DNA of 32,000 nucleotides from Promethearchaeota archaeon (GTDB taxonomy: Archaea > Asgardarchaeota > Thorarchaeia > Thorarchaeales > Thorarchaeaceae), in the NCBI GenBank assembly GCA_027031765.1, contig JALVPN010000040.1, forward strand, positions 21,255 to 53,254, written 5' to 3'. Numbering within the stretch: the first letter of the stretch is position 1; every line of letters starts with the position of its first letter. Made by a program: the position numbers and the translations under genes. Positions 1 to 8,844 of the stretch are shown piece by piece. Under the pieces are notes generated by a model. It was not told where the DNA came from and ran no database searches. It was given only the letters and a program-made list of their open reading frames with translations.

Positions 1-1518
1 TGAAGTCCCGTAGCTGACACCGAGGCCCACATTGAACAGGAGTATAAGGGCGATGAAAGCGTATGCTGCAACCGCATGCTCTGATGTCAAGGACTCGCTG
101 ATGCGATACCTGCGCCTGTCAAATACAGTCTTCTGAGAAACCACCTTTGCAAACGGTGAGAGAATGTTGTTTACCGCCACAGCCGCAAGGAGGGAAACAC
201 CGGGAGCGAGGATAAGGCTCAACCGTATCATGCTGCCAGCAAAGTAGACGGATGTCACACCATATAGGAATGCCAGCCAGTCCTCATCGCGGCCACGTTT
301 ATACATGAAGTACAGGCCCAGTGGGAACAGGAACATGAGTACGTTCAGTGTATGATAGAAGCTGCTCCATGGACTTGGTAGGTGCTCGGCCACAGACGCG
401 AAAATCCGTCTGTCAAGACGATAGAACGGGTTTATCACGGTCAAGAACTTACCGCCGATAGTCACAATGGGGTTGGAGTTGTAGATGGAAATCTTCAGGT
501 CCGAACTCCCTGCTACAACAAAGTAGGTCGCAACACCCACGACGGATGTGAACAGGCCAAGCAGGAGAGGACGCATGTGAGGAGCAAGGGCGGCAGCTGT
601 TGCCTCGCGATAGCCACCGATACGCACCCAGACCTCATACCCCGCAAGGAGCGCACCGACGCCTATTGGGACCAGGAGTGAGAAGGAGGTGAGGTTGGTG
701 AACCCGTTGCGTGGTACCAAGCAGCCAATGAACATCCCGAGGGAAACCGTTGTGAGGTAGGTGTTCAATAGGCTCCTGCTGTAGCGCCCGAACAGGAGCA
801 TGAAGAAGGCATACATTGCGAACAGGTCTATTAGAAAGTCCGATGCACCCCATGAGCCCATGAGGTATGCCAGTGAGAGGCCGGACAGGACCGCAGACGG
901 TATCGAGTTCCGTTTCAGTGCGCGCGTAAAGAAGTACAGCGTCAGGACGATGGCGAACACTCCTATACATTCATTGTCGTAGAACCCGGCGACCGTCCTC
1001 TGGATGAAAGCGGGGATGAATGCCATGAAGAGGGCGGTGAGCATGCCGACAGTGTTGTTTGATAGCTCACGGCCTAGGAAAAAGGAAACTATGACGGTGA
1101 GGGCACCCATGAAAGCAGGCATCACGACTGACACGGATACAACATCGACATGGATCCCAAGACCATTCAGAATGAAGTAGAAGAAGGCGCTCGTGAATGG
1201 GACCCCCACGTAGCTTGTCTTGGTCATGTCGCGACCAAAGGGCACCCATGTCGTGTCATCATACCAGTTGAAAAAGGCCGCATACCCGTGCTCAGTGATG
1301 CGCGTGGTGACCTTGAGCTGGAACCACGGGTCGAATGCACGGACAATCGGTTGGGCATCGAGGAGCGGCGCTATACGTAGGAGGAGGGCTGCAAAGAAGA
1401 GCAGACAGAGGGTCACTGCGATCATAATTGTACCACGTGACACCTTCGCCTTTGGCTTGTGGAACACCTGCTTCAAGAACCGTCGTGCGGATCGCATGTA
1501 ACGTCCGAGTCGTGACAT
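1..1518 (-). CDS. aglB: Oligosaccharyltransferase catalytic subunit STT3/AglB, N-terminal ~506 aa; runs off the left edge
   Basis: Manual translation from ATG at 1518 (MSRLGRYMRS...), open at the window edge. Contains RAFDPWF, GFYDNE and ASVAEH motifs plus many hydrophobic helices. The WWDYG domain would lie outside the window. Absent from the ORF track. Confidence 0.93.
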   Translation of the reverse strand, partial: MSRLGRYMRSARRFLKQVFHKPKAKVSRGTIMIAVTLCLLFFAALLLRIAPLLDAQPIVRAFDPWFQLKVTTRITEHGYAAFFNWYDDTTWVPFGRDMTKTSYVGVPFTSAFFYFILNGLGIHVDVVSVSVVMPAFMGALTVIVSFFLGRELSNNTVGMLTALFMAFIPAFIQRTVAGFYDNECIGVFAIVLTLYFFTRALKRNSIPSAVLSGLSLAYLMGSWGASDFLIDLFAMYAFFMLLFGRYSRSLLNTYLTTVSLGMFIGCLVPRNGFTNLTSFSLLVPIGVGALLAGYEVWVRIGGYREATAAALAPHMRPLLLGLFTSVVGVATYFVVAGSSDLKISIYNSNPIVTIGGKFLTVINPFYRLDRRIFASVAEHLPSPWSSFYHTLNVLMFLFPLGLYFMYKRGRDEDWLAFLYGVTSVYFAGSMIRLSLILAPGVSLLAAVAVNNILSPFAKVVSQKTVFDRRRYRISESLTSEHAVAAYAFIALILLFNVGLGVSYGTS

Positions 1519-1715
1519 AGGGAGCGCTCTCCGTCGTTACTAAGGCAACCGTGACAACCTTTGGTTGCGCTAAAAAGGTTGCTGTTGGTTTGACAGCTGT
1601 ACCCCTCTCACACACTATAGCAGGCAATAGTTCGAGCAGCAGGTGAAGGGGGACATGAAACAGGCAGGCAGTGTACGACAGGCATATTGGCATGACACTG
1701 ATATGCACTGTGCTC

Positions 1716-2114
1716 CTACAGGGAGTCAATGTAGTCGCGGTACTCCTCGGCACTCATGAGAGAGTCCAACTCAGCATCCAAGTTGGACGGCCTGACCTTG
1801 AACATCCAACCATCATCGTACGGCGACTCATTGACAGCCTCCGGACTCGACTCGAGATCCGTGTTCACTTCAATGACAGTCCCCGACACAGGTGAGAATA
1901 CCTCTGAGGAGGCCTTCATCGACTCGATCAGCCCGCACTCGTCACCAGCGGTGATGTCGGAGCCCACCTCGGGTAGCTCAACATAGGTTATCTCATGAAG
2001 CGAGTGTTGGGCATAGTCGGTGATTCCCACAACCACAAGGCCCCCCTCGATACGGGCCCACTCGTGCTCCTTGCTGTAGAACAGACCGTCGCGGACTTCA
2101 GTGTCATCGGTCAT
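1716..2114 (-). CDS. gcvH: Glycine cleavage system H protein
   Basis: YSKEHEW, VGITDYAQ, VELP and lipoyl-lysine ESMKAS; VNESPYDDGW. Confidence 0.97.
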   Translation of the reverse strand: MTDDTEVRDGLFYSKEHEWARIEGGLVVVGITDYAQHSLHEITYVELPEVGSDITAGDECGLIESMKASSEVFSPVSGTVIEVNTDLESSPEAVNESPYDDGWMFKVRPSNLDAELDSLMSAEEYRDYIDSL

Positions 2115-2166
2115 ATGGGTTCACCATCACAGAGCACAGGTGCTGTGTTGCTTAAATCAGTTGCTC

Positions 2167-3315
2167 CTACTCGGAGCTACGGGTCGCGCCATATCGCGAT
2201 GTGTCGTAAAATGGCCACTCGGTCACCTCTGCCTTCCGGTGCCGCCCACGGATGTCCACCTCAACTATGTCCCCCACATCAACAGTATTCGGTGGGACGT
2301 ACCCGAGGGCAATGCCCTTCTTGAGGAGTGGCGACATGCCACCACTGGTCACCACGCCAATCTTCTCGCCACCAAGTATGATTGGATAGTCCGGACGCGG
2401 GACCCCCCGGTCTATCATGACCAGACCAATGCGTGTTTTCTTGACCCCTTCCTTCTTGTGCCGACGCACAACATCGTATCCAATATAGTGGGGCTCGACC
2501 TTGAACTTGACAGCATATGGGATACGGGCCTCGATTGGCGATGTGTCCTCATCAAGCTCGTGTCCATAGAGTACGAAACCGGCCTCAAGGCGTGTTGAGT
2601 CCCTTGCACCAAGGCCGCAGGGCTTGACACCAAACTCGGCGCCCTGCTCAAGTATGGCCTCCCAGAAACGGACAGCCTTCTTGATCCCGGTCGGGTCGTA
2701 TGGGGTATCAAGCAGGAGAATCTCGCCACCGTCCTCACCAGTGTACCCCGTCCGGCACAGGAAACAGTCCTCACCTGCCAAGGTGAGGGGGTTGCATGTG
2801 AAACGGGGCAGTGCGCTGACATCCTCGCCAGCCAGTTTGGAGAGCAATGCGAGCGCCTTCGGGCCTTGGACTGCAATCATGACAATCTCGCGCGACTTGT
2901 CTTCGACCTTGACGTCGAACCGCGCGGCATGTTCCTGTATGTGCGCCCAGATCTTGGGCCCATTTGCTGCATTTGTGACCCAGATGAACTCGTCGTCGCC
3001 AACGCGGTACAACATCAGGTCGTCCTTTGTACCACCCCTCTCATTGAGACACGTAGAGTAGTGCCCACCATTTGGCTTCAACTTACGGACATTGTTTGTG
3101 GTGAGGGTCTGTAGAAAGTCCACCGCATCGTGGCCCGAAATCCTGAAGCGGGACATATGAGTGGTATCGAAGACCCCGACAGCCTCCCGGACAGCCATGT
3201 GTTCCTCGCGGATGTCCGAATACCTGACGGGCATCTCCCACCCGGCGAACGGGACTACATCTCCGTGGCTCTTGTGCCACTCAAAGAGGTGGGTGCGGTT
3301 CAGGGTGTCAACCAT
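2167..3315 (-). CDS. gcvT: Glycine cleavage system T protein (aminomethyltransferase)
   Basis: FAGWEMPVRY, VFDTTHM, RTGYTGEDGGE, GLGARDSTRLEAG. Start moved to ATG 3315 because the longer ORF overlaps the divergent folP. Confidence 0.96.
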   Translation of the reverse strand: MVDTLNRTHLFEWHKSHGDVVPFAGWEMPVRYSDIREEHMAVREAVGVFDTTHMSRFRISGHDAVDFLQTLTTNNVRKLKPNGGHYSTCLNERGGTKDDLMLYRVGDDEFIWVTNAANGPKIWAHIQEHAARFDVKVEDKSREIVMIAVQGPKALALLSKLAGEDVSALPRFTCNPLTLAGEDCFLCRTGYTGEDGGEILLLDTPYDPTGIKKAVRFWEAILEQGAEFGVKPCGLGARDSTRLEAGFVLYGHELDEDTSPIEARIPYAVKFKVEPHYIGYDVVRRHKKEGVKKTRIGLVMIDRGVPRPDYPIILGGEKIGVVTSGGMSPLLKKGIALGYVPPNTVDVGDIVEVDIRGRHRKAEVTEWPFYDTSRYGATRSSE

Positions 3316-3405
3316 AGAGTACCTCACCTTCAATAGCCGAGCCGCGTTCGGTATGCACGAGGTTTTATTTTCTTCCATATGCCGGCCGGAGTAGAGGCGG
3401 AATAC

Positions 3406-4629
3406 ATGCAGCACAATGTATACATCGACGGGCTTGCAGTAGGGCCAGACCAGCCGGTCAGGGTAATGGGCGTTATCAACCTGTCACCGGAGTCGTTCTA
3501 TCAGGAGTCAGTCGTGACAGAAGAGGACAGGCTGAGGGATGTTGTAAGGGAGATGGAACAGGCAGGGGCATCAGTAATAGACGTTGGGGCCGCATCATCC
3601 GCACCAAGTAGGGTCTACGGGACAGTCCATGTTTCGGTGGACGAGGAGCTCGAACGTGTGAAGACCTATCTCCCAACAATAGTTGAGGCAGCCTCGGTAC
3701 CCGTATCAATAGACACGGTCCACTTCACTGTTGCAGAGGTGGCCCTCGACATCGGGGCGTCTCTTGTGAACGACATATCTGGGCTCAATCGGGAGAGGAA
3801 GATGGCAGGGTTGGTGGCGGCCCGTGGGGTACCGGTGGTGTTGATGGCGGACTGTGATGGCCCATGCATGAGTATTGACGAGGCCATAAGGGCGTTGAAG
3901 GGGTCAATACGGACTGCACTGGGGGCGGGCATTGCCAGGGAGAGCCTGATCACAGACCCCGGTATCGGGTTTGGAAAACCATGCGAGGCCGACCTGGCAC
4001 TTATCAGAGGACTCCACAGGTTCACTCTGCTGGGACACCCGGTCCTCGTGGGTATTTCACGGAAGGCCTTTCTTGGGGAGTTACTAGGGGCACCAAGGCC
4101 TGAAGACCGACTGACAGGCACGATTGCGGCAACTGCCATTGCAGTTGCAAGAGGTGCAGACATGGTCAGGGCCCACGATGTCCAGGAGGCAGCAATTGCT
4201 TCGAGAGTGGGAAGGGCACTACGGGACGCCCTCCCATGTAGTAGGGGTCATGAGGTCGAACTGATAGGCTCATGTAGCCAGGAGGATGCGGCAATAGTAC
4301 TCGAACACATCGGTGTGGACGCCGAGGCCATAGGACGACTTGCCAAGAAGGCTACGGGCCTGAACATACTGCTCAGGGGGCTCAGTGCTCCAGCAGCGCT
4401 GGTGCTGAAACAGGAGATGTTGGCACTGGGAGGCGATGCAGCCTACCACAGGGACGTCATCGACTTCCAGACCAAGACGACCGATGTGCTGCTCATGGGG
4501 AACGTCCAGCAGGTCGAGAGGCTCTGTAGAGTGTTGCGACGGGCCAGTTACTTCGGCCTGCAAGAGGTGGGTGAGTCTGTGTCAAGCGTGCTGTCATGCT
4601 GGAGAGAATATCATAGCAAGAAGGAATAG
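3406..4629 (+). CDS. folP: Dihydropteroate synthase (archaeal-type TIM barrel) with an extra C-terminal domain of about 120 aa
   Basis: GVINLSPESFY, SIDT, VNDISG, DPGIGFGK, VGISRK, RAHDV; then a second domain containing LKQEMLALGGDAA. Start ATG 3406 preferred. Confidence 0.92.
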   Translation: MQHNVYIDGLAVGPDQPVRVMGVINLSPESFYQESVVTEEDRLRDVVREMEQAGASVIDVGAASSAPSRVYGTVHVSVDEELERVKTYLPTIVEAASVPVSIDTVHFTVAEVALDIGASLVNDISGLNRERKMAGLVAARGVPVVLMADCDGPCMSIDEAIRALKGSIRTALGAGIARESLITDPGIGFGKPCEADLALIRGLHRFTLLGHPVLVGISRKAFLGELLGAPRPEDRLTGTIAATAIAVARGADMVRAHDVQEAAIASRVGRALRDALPCSRGHEVELIGSCSQEDAAIVLEHIGVDAEAIGRLAKKATGLNILLRGLSAPAALVLKQEMLALGGDAAYHRDVIDFQTKTTDVLLMGNVQQVERLCRVLRRASYFGLQEVGESVSSVLSCWREYHSKKE

Positions 4630-4631
4630 AG

Positions 4632-5351
4632 ATGGAATGGAGCGAGTGGAAGCCGACGTATGACTGGATTTGCGGGCTACTCCACATAGACCCTGCTGAC
4701 GACGCCCGAACCACAGCCCTGCTGACAGAACTCCTCCGGGACGTTAGGCCGGAGCCCCTGCTGCACCAGCTCCAAGGCCTGATAACCGGGAGGACTGTTG
4801 TGGTGTGTGGGGCAGGGCCGTCACTGGAAAGACACCTCAACACTGTAGCTGACTGGACTGCACACGATGACATCACATTCATTGCTGCGGACGGGGCGAC
4901 CTCGGCATTCGAAGAGATGGGGCTGCACTGCGATATAGTCGTCACTGATCTGGACGGCAACGTCGATGACATTGCGGCAGCGAAGAGTAAGGGGGCTGTA
5001 GTGGTGGTGCATGCACATGGGGACAACATGCCGACAGTCCAAAGAGAGCTGCCCCGGCTTGGCCATGTCCTAGGGAGCACACAGACCAAGCCAACAGGAC
5101 GGGCTCATCTTTGGGGTGGCTTCACAGACGGGGACCGCGCATGCTACATGGCCGCACACTACAGTCCGCGCCAGATGGTACTTGCAGGGATGGACTTTGG
5201 CAGTCTAGTCGGCCGCTGGTCGAAACCTGGATACAGAGAACACTTCGTTGCAGGAGCAAGAAAACGCATCAAACTCGAAATAGCACGCAGGCTCATCGAG
5301 GAGCTGATACACAGGACGGCACCTGGAATTGACTACTCTACTCTGCAGTGA
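4632..5351 (+). CDS. mptE: 6-hydroxymethyl-7,8-dihydropterin pyrophosphokinase, archaeal MptE (DUF115) type
   Basis: VVCGAGPSL, AADGAT, VTDLDG, HAHGDN, GGFTDGDRA, LAGMDFG; starts 2 nt after the folP stop. Confidence 0.92.
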   Translation: MEWSEWKPTYDWICGLLHIDPADDARTTALLTELLRDVRPEPLLHQLQGLITGRTVVVCGAGPSLERHLNTVADWTAHDDITFIAADGATSAFEEMGLHCDIVVTDLDGNVDDIAAAKSKGAVVVVHAHGDNMPTVQRELPRLGHVLGSTQTKPTGRAHLWGGFTDGDRACYMAAHYSPRQMVLAGMDFGSLVGRWSKPGYREHFVAGARKRIKLEIARRLIEELIHRTAPGIDYSTLQ

Positions 5352-5407
5352 ACGGATGGCGGTACCCTGCAGGGGGAAGACCCCGGACGCCACAATGTTG
5401 GCAAGCC

Positions 5408-5836
5408 CTATGATGAGATGGCCCCCATCTTGTACGCGAACAGGTAGCTGAATATGAGCAGGGCAACACCGGCAAGCAGCATCCCGAGGAACATGAGACG
5501 CATCGCATAGTTTGGCTGGAACACGTACTTGGAACTGTAGTAGAGGAGTCCAAAGCCGAGTGTACCCATGAGGACTACAACTGAAGCAACAATGCCCTCC
5601 ATGCCGAGCTGCATGTCAATGCGTGGCGCAATCAGGATGGGGGCACCCTGTGACCCGCCCGCGATGGCAGGGGGTGTCCTGACAAGTGTGTATATGTTGC
5701 CACCAAGGATGAACAGTACAGCCAGAAATATTGCCCCAAAAACGACTATGTCCGGTGGACGCGCAGGCATACCGAACCTTGGTCTCTTCAGTCTGAGCTG
5801 GGGCTTGACAATAATACTCGGCCACCAAGGTTTCAC
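5408..5836 (-). CDS. OST3/OST6-family membrane protein resembling eukaryotic OSTC/DC2
   Basis: 142 aa with about 3 TM helices; PQLRLKRP, ILGGNIY, PPAIAG, QLGMEGIVAS, MGTLGF. GTG start with GAGGT about 7 nt upstream and TTAAAA about 35 nt upstream. Confidence 0.8.
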   Translation of the reverse strand: MKPWWPSIIVKPQLRLKRPRFGMPARPPDIVVFGAIFLAVLFILGGNIYTLVRTPPAIAGGSQGAPILIAPRIDMQLGMEGIVASVVVLMGTLGFGLLYYSSKYVFQPNYAMRLMFLGMLLAGVALLIFSYLFAYKMGAISS

Positions 5837-6060
5837 ATTCCTGACCTCGGTGGAGGGGTCGGGCGGTTCGCTTTTAAGAGTATCGTGAGATGAACAGCCG
5901 TACCAGTCATGGGACAGCAGGCAGGGTGCATCCGGGGCTCGACGCTACCATGTAGAATCCACGCCACACCCGCCATACCCAGCAGCCCCATGGTCACCAT
6001 AAGTACAGCTAGGCCGAGGATGGTCATCAACAGGCCCGGATTGCGAGAAGAGGGAGAAGC

Positions 6061-8172
6061 GTGTCAACAGTACTTGTAATCTGTGAGAAGCCCAGTGCCG
6101 CAAAGCGCATAGCGCACGCGCTTGACGATAATGGGGCACCCACCGAGGTGAAGAGGCGGGGCGCCTCGTACTTTCAGTGCAGGAACGGAGAGGACACCTT
6201 GCTTGTGGCATACGCAAAGGGGCACCTCTACGAACTCCGACAGGTAGAGAAGGGGTGGACATATCCACGTCTTGACGTGGAGTGGGCACCAAAGTACGAG
6301 GTCGTAAAGAAGGCAACAGATACGAAGGCCATCATTGCGCTAATCCGCAGCCTTGCGAAGAGAGCGGATCAGTTCATAGTGGCGACTGACTATGACATAG
6401 AGGGAAGCCTGATTGGATACCTGGTCGTAAAGTACGCATGTGGTGCTGACCCATCAATAGCACAACGGATGATATTCTCAGCCCTCACGGACAAGGAGCT
6501 ACGAGCAGCATATGCTAGCCGAGCACAGGAACTCGACTTCCAGCTGGTCGAAGCAGGACATCTCCGCCATGAGATTGACTGGCTATACGGTATCAACCTC
6601 ACACGGGCCCTCACACTGGCCATAAAGCGGACGGCTGGGTGGTTCAAGATAGTCTCGACAGGGCGCGTGCAGGGCCCAACACTTGCAATGGTTGCTGCAC
6701 GCGACCAAGAGGTCAACCAGTTCGTCCCGCACCCGTTCTGGAGCATAGATGCGCAGGGTGAGTGGGACGGACGTGAGTTGCACCTCAAGTATTCAAAGGA
6801 CAGGATAGACACTGTACACGCAGCAGAGGAGGTTGTGCGTGCAACACATGGCCAAGTCGGACATGTCGCATCTGTCCGGACACGGGTGATGACCCAGAAG
6901 CCGCCGGTGCCGTTCAACCTCGGTGGACTACAGACCGAGGCATACCGCCACTTTGGGTTCAAACCGAGCCGTACCCTTGCGCTCGCACAGCGTCTGTATC
7001 TCGACGCCTTGATCTCATACCCAAGGACGAACAACCAGCAGATCCCAGAGTCAATCGATGTCAGGTCAGTCCTCCATGGGCTCAGCAGTATGAGGGCATA
7101 CAAGGGACATGCAAGTGCACTCCTCAGCCGCAGAGTCCTGCAGCCCACCCAAGGCAAGAAGACCGACCCGGCGCACCCAGCCATCCACCCCACAGGAGAG
7201 ACGCCTTCAAGAAGACTGACACCGAGCGAAAAGAGACTCTTCGACCTGATAGTGAAGCGGTTCTTCGCCCTGTTCGGGCCACCCGCGAAGAAGAAGAGTG
7301 TGCGTGCCGACATTGTGTGCAACGACCACACGTTCTACTTGCGTGGAAGAGAGGTGCTCGAACCCGGGTGGATTGAGTTCTACAGGCCTTATGTGACCAG
7401 CGAGGAGGTGGAAGTCCCCGGGCTGACCGAAGGGGACGAGGTCAGGCTCACCCGTGTCAGGGCCGTTGAGAAGTACACGTCCCCACCGCTCCGTTTCAAC
7501 CCGGCGAGTCTGTTGAAGAGTCTTGAGAAGGAGAACCTTGGTACAAAGGCTACTAGGGCGGGGATTGTCGATTCACTGAGGTCACGTGGGTATACGCTGA
7601 ATGACCGTTTTGAGCTGTCAACTCTAGGATATGCAGTCTTCGAGACGCTACAGCGCCATGTGCCAAGACTGCTCTCTGTTGAGTTTACAAGGAGCCTAGA
7701 GGAGGAGATGAATATGATCCAGGAGGGGAAACGGACGAGAGAGGAAGTACTTGTGCGGGCCAAGGAGGACCTGCGTGAGATACTCTCCAAGTTCAAGTCG
7801 CTTGAGAGTGAGATAGGCAACGAACTGGTCGAGGGACTACAGAGGTTCTGGAGAGAGAAGGAGGAGGTAGGCCCCTGCCCTAAGTGTGATGATGGTACGT
7901 TGATGATAGTGCGGTCACCCAAGTCCGGGAAGCGGTTCATAGGCTGCAGCAACTACAGGACTGGAAAGTGCGACAAGACGTTCCCACTCCCACAGAAGGG
8001 GAACATAGTGGTGCTCGACAAGGAGTGCCCATATTGTGGACACAGGATGCTGAGAATAACGTCAAAGAGACGCACTTGGGAGACCTGCATCAACTGGGCC
8101 GAGTGCCCAGGGAGAGCTGAGGAACTCAGGGCACTTGAAGAACGGCGGGCGACAAGGGGGGCAAAGGGTTGA
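6061..8172 (+). CDS. topA: DNA topoisomerase type IA with C-terminal Zn ribbons
   Basis: ICEKPS, ATDYDIEG, STGRVQGPTL, LISYPRT (catalytic Tyr), AHPAIHPT, LGTKATR; C-terminal CPKC...C and CPYC...C. Confidence 0.97.
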   Translation: MSTVLVICEKPSAAKRIAHALDDNGAPTEVKRRGASYFQCRNGEDTLLVAYAKGHLYELRQVEKGWTYPRLDVEWAPKYEVVKKATDTKAIIALIRSLAKRADQFIVATDYDIEGSLIGYLVVKYACGADPSIAQRMIFSALTDKELRAAYASRAQELDFQLVEAGHLRHEIDWLYGINLTRALTLAIKRTAGWFKIVSTGRVQGPTLAMVAARDQEVNQFVPHPFWSIDAQGEWDGRELHLKYSKDRIDTVHAAEEVVRATHGQVGHVASVRTRVMTQKPPVPFNLGGLQTEAYRHFGFKPSRTLALAQRLYLDALISYPRTNNQQIPESIDVRSVLHGLSSMRAYKGHASALLSRRVLQPTQGKKTDPAHPAIHPTGETPSRRLTPSEKRLFDLIVKRFFALFGPPAKKKSVRADIVCNDHTFYLRGREVLEPGWIEFYRPYVTSEEVEVPGLTEGDEVRLTRVRAVEKYTSPPLRFNPASLLKSLEKENLGTKATRAGIVDSLRSRGYTLNDRFELSTLGYAVFETLQRHVPRLLSVEFTRSLEEEMNMIQEGKRTREEVLVRAKEDLREILSKFKSLESEIGNELVEGLQRFWREKEEVGPCPKCDDGTLMIVRSPKSGKRFIGCSNYRTGKCDKTFPLPQKGNIVVLDKECPYCGHRMLRITSKRRTWETCINWAECPGRAEELRALEERRATRGAKG

Positions 8173-8429
8173 GCCGCGAGTGTAGCATATGCGGCCGGCG
8201 GTGCGAGGATGAGGACGAGCTGTGCCCGTATCACAGTGGGGCACTGGAAAACCTCAAAGAGGCGTTCGTAAAGTGGAAGCACAGCCTTGGAGTCAGCTGG
8301 GACGAGTATCTCGAACGCCTAGAGCAGCTGGACACGGTAGGACGCTGGGTCAAAGAGGTGATTGTGTACCTCAAAGACCGAGAGCAGAACGTAGACCCGA
8401 CAGCAGCTCGAGTAGGAACTCACGACTGA
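8169..8429 (+). CDS. Small putative Zn-binding protein coupled to topA
   Basis: TTG overlaps the topA stop; CSIC-x10-CPYH followed by a helical region (WKHSLGVSWDEYL). Confidence 0.7.
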   Translation: MSRECSICGRRCEDEDELCPYHSGALENLKEAFVKWKHSLGVSWDEYLERLEQLDTVGRWVKEVIVYLKDREQNVDPTAARVGTHD

Positions 8430-8718
8430 TACTGCGGAGGCCGGCGACTACCAGCCACGCGTTTCCACTCCATAACGACAGCCTCTCTGCAATGATACGG
8501 ACAAGTGCAGAGTCCTCCGGGCTCGCGAACATCTCGGCTGAGACCGGCAAAGACATGCGGCTACGAGGGGGCACACCGATAGCAACAGGGCCGAGGCGGA
8601 AACCCTCAGAGTCTGTTAGGAGCAGCAACCGCCCGTTCTCAAGAGTGACAATCCGGGCGCGTACGGTCACACTAGACGTGTCAAGTTCAATGTCCTGTGT
8701 GTCTTCTGGTGGGGCCAT
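8371..8718 (-). CDS. Putative proteasome assembly chaperone PAC3/PAC4-like protein
   Basis: Predicted beta-rich N-terminus, RLGPVAIGVP, then RIIAERLSLWSGNAWLVV as recalled for archaeal PAC4-like proteins. TTTATTT about 30 nt upstream favours ATG 8718. Confidence 0.55.
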   Translation of the reverse strand: MAPPEDTQDIELDTSSVTVRARIVTLENGRLLLLTDSEGFRLGPVAIGVPPRSRMSLPVSAEMFASPEDSALVRIIAERLSLWSGNAWLVVAGLRSISREFLLELLSGLRSALGL

Positions 8719-8844
8719 CAGCACCACGTCTTGTGACGTCGAGGCCTCAAATAAAGGATGGGGCACTACGGGGACGGATGAGAGTAAATATCAGAGGATG
8801 TGTTGCAGGGGCGGATGATGCACATGACTGGGCGGATTGCACAC

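Noticed and set aside
382-1753. Short ORFs called over the STT3 region, and the many antisense ORFs over housekeeping genes throughout the window
   Set aside because: Shadow frames of well-supported genes in GC-rich DNA.
5833-6030. 65-aa ORF with a hydrophobic N-terminus
   Set aside because: It runs through the likely promoter and RBS of the OSTC-like gene and has no recognisable family; a small membrane protein is not excluded.
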